In this document: positions 55,001 to 64,000 of the stretch, piece after piece
Layout of the letters: every line of letters begins with the position of its first letter
Position numbering within the stretch: the stretch's first letter is position 1
Origin: the human T2T-CHM13v2.0 reference genome, Homo sapiens
Strand: one strand, 5' to 3'
Length of the DNA stretch: 64,000 bases
NCBI RefSeq assembly: GCF_009914755.1
Contig: NC_060948.1
Translations under genes and position numbers: made by a program
Notes under the pieces: model-generated
Told to the model about the DNA's origin: nothing
Seen by the model: only the letters and a program-made list of their open reading frames with translations
The model's database searches: none

Positions 55001-57850
55001 AGATAATTCCTTTTCCACAATAGTTCTCAAAGCACTCAAAATATCCACTTGCAGATTCTACAAAAGGAGTATTTCAAAACTGCTCAATCAAAAGAAAGGT
55101 TCAACTCTGTGAGATGAATGGACACATCACAAAGAAGTTTCTCAGAATGCTTCTGTGTAGTATTTTTGTGAAGATATTTCTTTTCCACCATAGACCGCCA
55201 GGGGACACAAATATCCACTTTCAGATTCTACAACAAGAGAGGTTCAAAACTACTCGATCAAGAGATGGTTTCAACTATGTGAGTTGAATGCACACATCAC
55301 AAAGAACTATGTCGGAATTCTTCTGTGTAGTTTTTATGTGAAGATATTTCCTTTTCCACAATAGACGTCAAAGTGATCCAGATATCCACTTGCAGATTCC
55401 ACAAAAAGAGTGTTTCAAAAGTGCACAACCAAAAGAAAGGTTCAACTAGGTGAGATGAATGCACACATCAGAAGGAAGTTTCTCAGAATGCTTCTGCATA
55501 GCTTTTAAGGGAAGATACTTCCTTTTCCAACATAGGCCTCAAAGCACTCCAAATATCCTCCTGGAGATACCACAAAAAGAGTGTTTGCAAACTGCTCAAT
55601 CAAAAGAAAGATTTAACTCTGTGAGATGAATCCACACATGACAAAGAAGTTTCTCAGAATGCTTCTGTGTAGTTTTTATGTGAAGATATTTCCTTTTCCA
55701 CAATAAGACCCAAAAGGCTCCAAATATTCACTTGCAGATTCTAAAAAAAACAGTGTTTCAAAACTGCTCAATCAAAAGATAGTTCAACTCTGTGAGAAGA
55801 ATGCTCACATCACTGAGAAGTTTCTCAGAATGCTTCTGTGTAGTTTTTATATGAAGATATTTCCTTTCCCACCGTAGGCCACAAAAGGCTTCAAATATCC
55901 ACTTGCAGATACTATGAAAAGAGAGTTTCAAAACTGCTCATTCAAAAGATAGGTTCAACTCTGTGGTTTGAATGCACACAGCACAAAGAAGTTTCACAGA
56001 ATGTGTCTGTGTAGTTTTTATGTGCGGATGTTTCCTTTTCCACCATATGCCTAAATATTTCCCAATTTCCACTTGCAGATTCCACAAGAAGAGTGTTTCA
56101 AAACTGCTGTATCAAATAAAGTTGAACTCTGTGAGGTGAATGCACACAGCACAAAATGGTTTCTCAGAATGCTTCCTTGTTGTTTTTATATGAAGATGTT
56201 TCCTTTTCAACAATAGGCCTCAAAGTGCTTCAAATGTCCACTTGCAGATTCTACAAAAAGAGTGTTTCAAAACTGCTCAATCAAAAGAAAGGTTCGACTC
56301 TGGGAAATTAATGCACACATCACAAAGAAGTTTCTCAGCTTCTGTGTAGTTTTCATGTGAAGTTATTTCCTTTTCCACAATAGGCCGCAAAGGGCTCCAA
56401 ATATCAACTTACAGATTCTAGGAAAAGAGAGTTTCAAAACTGCTCTACGAAAAGATAGGTTGAACTCTGTGAGATGAATGCACACATCACAAAGAAGTTT
56501 CTCAGAATGCATCTGTGTAGTTTTTACGGGAAGATATTTCCTTTTCCACCATCTTCCACAAAGGTCTCCAAGTAACCACTTGCAGATTCTACAGAAAGAC
56601 ACTTTAAAAACTGCTCTATCAAAAGATCAGTTCAAGTCTGTGGTTTGAATGCACACATCACAAAGAATTTTCTCAGAATGCTTCTGTGTAGTTTTCATAT
56701 GAAGATATTTCCTTTTCCACCATAGGCCTCAAAGCACTCCAAATATCCACTTGCAGATTCTACAAAAAGAGATTTTCAAAACTAGTCAATCAAAAGAAAG
56801 GTTCAACTCTGTCAGTTGAATGCACATATCACAAACAAGTTTCTCGGAATGCGTCTGTGTAGTTTTTATGTGAAGATATTTCCTTCTCCACAACAGGCCT
56901 CAAAGTGCTCCGAATATCCACTTGCAGATTTTACTAAAGAGTGTTTCCAAACTGCTCAATCAAGAGGAAGTTTCAAGTCTGTGAGCTGAACGCACACATC
57001 ACAAAGTAGTTTCTGAGAATGCTTCTGTGTAGTTTTTATGTGAAGATGTTTCCTTTTCCACCATAGGCTGCAAAGGGCTCCAAATATCCACTTGCAGATT
57101 CTACAAAAAGAGAGTTTCAAAAGTGCTCTATCAAAAGATAGGTTCAACTATGTGATATGAATGCACACATCACAAAGTAGTTTCTCAGAATGCTTCTGTG
57201 TAGTTTTTATGTAAAGATATTTCCTTTTCCACCATAGGCCTCAAAGCACTCCAAATATCCACTTGCAGATTCTACAAAAAGAGATTTTCAAAACTATTTA
57301 ATCAAAAGAAAGGTTCAAATCTGTCAGTTGAAGGTACATATCACAAACAAGTTTATTGGAATGCTTCTGTGTAGTTTTTATGTGAAGATATTTCCTTTTC
57401 CACAACAGGCCTCCAGGTGCTCCAAATATCCACTTGCAGATTTCACTAAAAGTGTGTTTCCAAGCTGCTCAATCAAGAGGAAGTTTCAAGTCTGTGAGGT
57501 GAATGCACACATTACAAAGAAGTTACTGAGAATGCTTCTGTGTAGTTTTTATGTGAAGATATTTCCTTTTCCACCGCAGGCCTCAAAGCGCTGCAAATAT
57601 CCACTTGCAGATTCTACAAAAAGAGAGTTTCAAAACTGCTGTATCAAAAGATAGGGTCAACTCTGCGAGTTGAATAAACACATCACAAATAAGTTTCTGG
57701 GAACGCTTCTGTATAGTTTTATGTGAATATATTTCCTTTTCCACCATATGCCTCAAAGCACTCCAAATATCCACTTGCACATTATAGAAACATAGTCTTT
57801 CAAAACTTGTCAATCAAAGAAAGGTTCAACTCCGTGAGATGAGTGCACAC
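52066..57850 (-). repeat. HOR copy 10
   Basis: Exact period. Same allele as copy 9 at every site I scored. Confidence 0.97.
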
Positions 57851-60800
57851 ATCACAGAGAAGTTTCTCGGAATGTTTCTGTGTAGTTTTTATGTGAAGAT
57901 ATTGCCTTTTCCACAATAGGCCTCAAAGCGTTCCAAATATCCAATTGCAGATTCCACAAAAAAAGTTTTTTAAAACTGCTCAATCAAATGATAGATTAAA
58001 CTCTGTGAGATTAGTGCACACATGTCAAAAAAGTTTCTCAGAATGCTTCTGTGTACTTTTTAGGGGAAGATATTTCCTTTTCCACCATCGGCCACAAAGG
58101 ACTCCAAATAACCACATGCAGATTCTAGTAACACAGAGTTTCAAAACTGCTCTATCAAAAGATAAGTTCAACTCTGAGAGTTTAGTGCAACCATCGTGAA
58201 GAAGTTTCTCAGAATGCTTCTGAGTAGTGTTTATGTGAAGATATTTCCTTTTCCACCATAGGCCTGAAAGCCCTCCAAATATCCACTTGCAGATCCTACA
58301 AAAAGAAAGTTTCGAAATGCTCTCTCAAACGATAGTTTCGACTCTGTGGTATGAATACACACATCACAAAGAAGTTTCTCAGAATGCTTCTGTGTAGTTT
58401 TTAAATGAAGATATTTCTTTTTCCACCATAGGCCTCAAAGCACTCCAAATATGCACTTCCAGATTCTACAAAAAGAGTGTTTCAGAACTGCTCAATCAAA
58501 AGGAAGGTTCCAGTCTGAGACAAATACACACATCAAAAGGTAGTTTCTCAGAATGCTTCTGTGTAGTTTTTATGTGAAGATATTTTCCTTTCCACCATAG
58601 GCCACAAATGGCTCTAAATACCCACTTACATTTTCCACAAAAAGAGAGTTTCAAAACTGCTCTACCAAAGGTAAGTTTAACGCTGTGAGTTAAGAACATC
58701 ACAAAGAAGTTTCTCAGAATGCTTCTGTGTAGTTCTTACGTAAAGATATTTCCTTTTACACAATAGGCAGAAAAGTGCTCCAAATATCCACTTGAAGATT
58801 CTACAAAAACCGTGTTTCAAAACTGCCGAATCAAAAGAAAGGTTCAACTCTGTGAGATGAATGCACACATAACAAAGGAGTTTCTCAGAATGCTTCTGTG
58901 TAGCTTTTATATGAAGACATTTAGTTTTCCACAACAGGCCTCAAAGCTCTCTCCATATCCACTTGCAGATTCTACCGAAAGAGTGCTTCCAAACTGCTCA
59001 ATCAAAAGAGACATTCAAATCTGTGAGGTGAATGCAGACATCGTAAAGAAGTTTCTCAGAATGCTTCTGTGTATTTTTTGTGTGAAGTTATTCGTTTTTG
59101 CACCATAGGCCTCCAAGCGTTCTAAATATCCACTTCTAGATTCTACAAAAAGAGAGTTTCAAAACTACTCAAACAAAAGGTTCAATTCTGTGAGTTGAAA
59201 GCAAACATCACAAAGAAGTTTCTCAGAATGCGTCTGTGTAGTTTTTATGTGAAGATATTTCCTTTTCACAGTAGAATGCAAAGGGCTCCAAATATCCACT
59301 TGGAGATTCTACAAAAAGAGTTTCAAAACCGCTCTGTCAAATGATAGGTTGAACTCCCGGAGGTGAATACACACATCACAAAGAGGTTTCTCAGCATGCT
59401 TCTGTGTAGTTTTTATGTAAACACATTTCCGTTTCTATCATAGGCCTCAAAGTGCTCCAAATATTCACTTGTACATTCTACCAAACGAGTATTTCAAAAC
59501 TGCTCAATCAAATGGAAGGTTCAAAACTGTGACATGAATGCCCACATCACAAAGTAGTTTCTCAGAATGCTTCTGTGTAGTTTTTATGTGAAGATATTTC
59601 CTTTTCCACAACAGCGTGCAAAACGCTTCAAATATGCCCTTAGAGATTCCACAAAAAGAGTGTTTCCAAACTACTCAAATCAAAAAATGATTTCAACTCT
59701 GTGAGATGAATGCACACATCACAAACTAGTTTCTCAGAATGTTTCTGCCTGGTTCTCATGCGAAGATAGTTCCTTTTTCACCATAGGCCGCAATGTACTC
59801 CAAATATCCACCTGCAGATTCTACAAAAGTGAGTTTCAAAACTGCTCTATCAAAAGATCAGTTCGTCTCTGTGAGTTGAATGCATACATCAAAAAGAAGC
59901 TTCTCAAAATGCTTCTGTGTGGTTTTTCGGTGAAGATAGTTCTTTTTCTACCATAGGTCTCAAACCACTCCAAATATCCACTTGTAGATTCTATAAAAAG
60001 GAATGTTCAAAATTGCTCAATAAAAATAAAGTTTCAACACCGTGAGATGAGTGCACAAATCACAAAGAAGTTTCTCAAAATGCTTCTGGGTAGTTTTTCT
60101 GTGAAGATAGTTCCTTTTCTACCATGGGCCACAAAGGGCTCCAAATACCCACTTGCAGATTCTACAAAAAGAGAGTTTCACAACTGCTCTATCAAACAAT
60201 ATGTTCAACTTTGTGGGTTGAACACAAATATCACAAGAATTTTCTCCCAATGCTTCTGTGTAGTTTTTATGTGAAGACATTTCTTTTCCCTCCATAGTCC
60301 ACAAAGTGCTCCAAATATCCACTTACATATTCTAGAAAAAGATTGCTTGGAAACTGCACAATGAAAAGAAAGGTTCAAATATATGAGATGAATGCACACA
60401 TCACAAAGAAGTTTCTCAGAATCTCTCTGTGTAATTTTTATGTGAAGATATTTCCTTTCCCACCTTAGGTCTTAAAACGCTCCAAATATCCACTTGCAGA
60501 TACTACAAGAAGATTGTTTCAAAACTGCACAAAAAAAGAAATGTTCAATTCTGTTTGATGAATGCACACATCACAAAGAAGTTTCTCAGAATGCTTCTCT
60601 GTAGTTTTTATGTGAAGATATTTCCTTTTCCACAATAGGCCTCAAAGGGCTCCAAATATCCACTTCCAGATTCTATGAAAAGAATATTTCCAAACTGCTC
60701 AATCATAGGAAATGTTCAACTCTGTGAGATGAATGCACACATCACAAGAAATTTCTCAGAATCCTTCAGTGTAGGTTTTATGAGAAGATAATTCCTTTTC

Positions 60801-63635
60801 CACAATAGTTCTCAAAGCACTCAAAATATCCACTTGCAGATTCTACAAAAGGAGTATTTCAAAACTGCTCAATCAAAAGAAAGGTTCAACTCTGTGAGAT
60901 GAATGGACACATCACAAAGAAGTTTCTCAGAATGCTTCTGTGTAGTATTTTTGTGAAGATATTTCTTTTCCACCATAGACCGCCAGGGGACACAAATATC
61001 CACTTTCAGATTCTACAACAAGAGAGGTTCAAAACTACTCGATCAAGAGATGGTTTCAACTATGTGAGTTGAATGCACACATCACAAAGAACTATGTCGG
61101 AATTCTTCTGTGTAGTTTTTATGTGAAGATATTTCCTTTTCCACAATAGACGTCAAAGTGATCCAGATATCCACTTGCAGATTCCACAAAAAGAGTGTTT
61201 CAAAAGTGCACAACCAAAAGAAAGGTTCAACTAGGTGAGATGAATGCACACATCAGAAGGAAGTTTCTCAGAATGCTTCTGCATAGCTTTTAAGGGAAGA
61301 TACTTCCTTTTCCAACATAGGCCTCAAAGCACTCCAAATATCCTCCTGGAGATACCACAAAAAGAGTGTTTGCAAACTGCTCAATCAAAAGAAAGATTTA
61401 ACTCTGTGAGATGAATCCACACATGACAAAGAAGTTTCTCAGAATGCTTCTGTGTAGTTTTTATGTGAAGATATTTCCTTTTCCACAATAAGACCCAAAA
61501 GGCTCCAAATATTCACTTGCAGATTCTAAAAAAAACAGTGTTTCAAAACTGCTCAATCAAAAGATAGTTCAACTCTGTGAGAAGAATGCTCACATCACTG
61601 AGAAGTTTCTCAGAATGCTTCTGTGTAGTTTTTATATGAAGATATTTCCTTTCCCACCGTAGGCCACAAAAGGCTTCAAATATCCACTTGCAGATACTAT
61701 GAAAAGAGAGTTTCAAAACTGCTCATTCAAAAGATAGGTTCAACTCTGTGGTTTGAATGCACACAGCACAAAGAAGTTTCACAGAATGTGTCTGTGTAGT
61801 TTTTATGTGCGGATGTTTCCTTTTCCACCATATGCCTAAATATTTCCCAATTTCCACTTGCAGATTCCACAAGAAGAGTGTTTCAAAACTGCTGTATCAA
61901 ATAAAGTTGAACTCTGTGAGGTGAATGCACACAGCACAAAATGGTTTCTCAGAATGCTTCCTTGTTGTTTTTATATGAAGATGTTTCCTTTTCAACAATA
62001 GGCCTCAAAGTGCTTCAAATGTCCACTTGCAGATTCTACAAAAAGAGTGTTTCAAAACTGCTCAATCAAAAGAAAGGTTCGACTCTGGGAAATTAATGCA
62101 CACATCACAAAGAAGTTTCTCAGCTTCTGTGTAGTTTTCATGTGAAGTTATTTCCTTTTCCACAATAGGCCGCAAAGGGCTCCAAATATCAACTTACAGA
62201 TTCTAGGAAAAGAGAGTTTCAAAACTGCTCTACGAAAAGATAGGTTGAACTCTGTGAGATGAATGCACACATCACAAAGAAGTTTCTCAGAATGCATCTG
62301 TGTAGTTTTTACGGGATGATATTTCCTTTTCCACCATCTTCCACAAAGGTCTCCAAGTAACCACTTGCAGATTCTACAGAAAGACACTTTAAAAACTGCT
62401 CTATCAAAAGATCAGTTCAAGTCTGTGGTTTGAATGCACACATCACAAAGAATTTTCTCAGAATGCTTCTGTGTAGTTTTCATATGAAGATATTTCCTTT
62501 TCCACCATAGGCCTCAAAGCACTCCAAATATCCACTTGCAGATTCTACAAAAAGAGATTTTCAAAACTAGTCAATCAAAAGAAAGGTTCAACTCTGTCAG
62601 TTGAATGCACATATCACAAACAAGTTTCTCGGAATGCGTCTGTGTAGTTTTTATGTGAAGATATTTCCTTCTCCACAACAGGCCTCAAAGTGCTCCGAAT
62701 ATCCACTTGCAGATTTTACTAAAGAGTGTTTCCAAACTGCTCAATCAAGAGGAAGTTTCAAGTCTGTGAGCTGAACGCACACATCACAAAGTAGTTTCTG
62801 AGAATGCTTCTGTGTAGTTTTTATGTGAAGATGTTTCCTTTTCCACCATAGGCTGCAAAGGGCTCCAAATATCCACTTGCAGATTCTACAAAAAGAGAGT
62901 TTCAAAAGTGCTCTATCAAAAGATAGGTTCAACTATGTGATATGAATGCACACATCACAAAGTAGTTTCTCAGAATGCTTCTGTGTAGTTTTTATGTAAA
63001 GATATTTCCTTTTCCACCATAGGCCTCAAAGCACTCCAAATATCCACTTGCAGATTCTACAAAAAGAGATTTTCAAAACTATTTAATCAAAAGAAAGGTT
63101 CAAATCTGTCAGTTGAAGGTACATATCACAAACAAGTTTATTGGAATGCTTCTGTGTAGTTTTTATGTGAAGATATTTCCTTTTCCACAACAGGCCTCCA
63201 GGTGCTCCAAATATCCACTTGCAGATTTCACTAAAAGTGTGTTTCCAAGCTGCTCAATCAAGAGGAAGTTTCAAGTCTGTGAGGTGAATGCACACATTAC
63301 AAAGAAGTTACTGAGAATGCTTCTGTGTAGTTTTTATGTGAAGATATTTCCTTTTCCACCGCAGGCCTCAAAGCGCTGCAAATATCCACTTGCAGATTCT
63401 ACAAAAAGAGAGTTTCAAAACTGCTGTATCAAAAGATAGGGTCAACTCTGCGAGTTGAATAAACACATCACAAATAAGTTTCTGGGAACGCTTCTGTATA
63501 GTTTTATGTGAATATATTTCCTTTTCCACCATATGCCTCAAAGCACTCCAAATATCCACTTGCACATTATAGAAACATAGTCTTTCAAAACTTGTCAATC
63601 AAAGAAAGGTTCAACTCCGTGAGATGAGTGCACAC
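57851..63635 (-). repeat. HOR copy 11
   Basis: Exact period. T59246 shared with copies 1 and 6; private C59424 and T62317. Confidence 0.97.
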
Positions 63636-64000
63636 ATCACAGAGAAGTTTCTCGGAATGTTTCTGTGTAGTTTTTATGTGAAGATATTGCCTTTTCCACA
63701 ATAGGCCTCAAAGCGTTCCAAATATCCAATTGCAGATTCCACAAAAAAAGTTTTTTAAAACTGCTCAATCAAATGATAGATTAAACTCTGTGAGATTAGT
63801 GCACACATGTCAAAAAAGTTTCTCAGAATGCTTCTGTGTACTTTTTAGGGGAAGATATTTCCTTTTCCACCATCGGCCACAAAGGACTCCAAATAACCAC
63901 ATGCAGATTCTAGTAACACAGAGTTTCAAAACTGCTCTATCAAAAGATAAGTTCAACTCTGAGAGTTTAGTGCAACCATCGTGAAGAAGTTTCTCAGAAT
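63636..64000 (-). repeat. HOR copy 12 (partial, cut by the window end)
   Basis: Matches positions 1-365 of copy 1; the array continues past the window edge. Confidence 0.96.

Larger units (their letters stand above)
1..64000 (-). repeat. DYZ3: Centromeric alpha-satellite higher-order repeat array (34-mer, 5,785-bp unit), most likely human Y centromere DYZ3
   Basis: Seen in the sequence: every ~171 bp carries alphoid motifs (atcacaaagaagtttctcagaatgcttctgtgtag, ccaaatatccacttgcagattctacaaaaagagtgtttcaaaactgctc). These are the reverse complement of the commonly written alphoid consensus. Every ORF recurs at exactly +5,785 bp (95, 5880, 11665 ... 63730). I counted 34 monomer starts per unit. 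From established knowledge: DYZ3 is a 34-mer ~5.8-kb HOR of A-type monomers lacking CENP-B boxes. Alpha satellite is essentially certain; the DYZ3 assignment was not checked by alignment. Confidence 0.95.

Noticed and set aside
95-63984. More than 120 short ORFs (63-108 aa) on both strands
   Set aside because: They recur every 5,785 bp and are translations of alphoid monomers (recurring motifs such as KTTQKHSEKLL and YPLADST). Several begin at non-ATG codons, they overlap on both strands, and they show no domain or gene structure. They are not CDS.
1-64000. Regularly spaced conserved motifs with variable intervening sequence, superficially CRISPR-like
   Set aside because: The intervening sequence is homologous between units (whole ~171-bp monomers), there are no unique spacers and no cas genes, and the DNA is primate satellite.
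1-64000. Hidden insertion, inversion or mobile element (L1 or Alu) inside the array
   Set aside because: The invariant 5,785-bp spacing and constant ORF strand pattern leave no room for an insertion or inversion. No non-alphoid sequence, poly(A) tail or target-site duplication was seen.
1-64000. A previously undescribed biological system
   Set aside because: Everything visible is explained by a known class of centromeric HOR array and its turnover. I cannot support a novel system from this sequence.

Overview
The whole 64 kb window is primate alpha-satellite DNA. It contains no genes, transposons or unique sequence. About 171-bp monomers are organised into a 34-monomer higher-order repeat (HOR) of exactly 5,785 bp, present as 11 full head-to-tail copies plus a 365-bp partial copy, all in one orientation. 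Four features match the human Y-chromosome centromeric array DYZ3 (canonical 5.7/5.8-kb unit): the 34-mer size, one EcoRI site seen per unit, all monomers being A-type (pJ-alpha box), and no CENP-B box. This identification comes from recalled knowledge, not a database search. All ORFs in the track are repeat artefacts recurring every 5,785 bp. I found no evidence of a new gene-based biological system. What merits a second look is the array's evolutionary fine structure. About 25 single-base differences between HOR copies, scored by eye, define a homogeneous right-hand block (copies 7-11), a heterogeneous left block with 2-HOR-spaced shared alleles, and a mosaic copy 6. There is also an old trimer duplication inside the 34-mer, an apparent excess of CpG-toggling variants, and no indels between copies.
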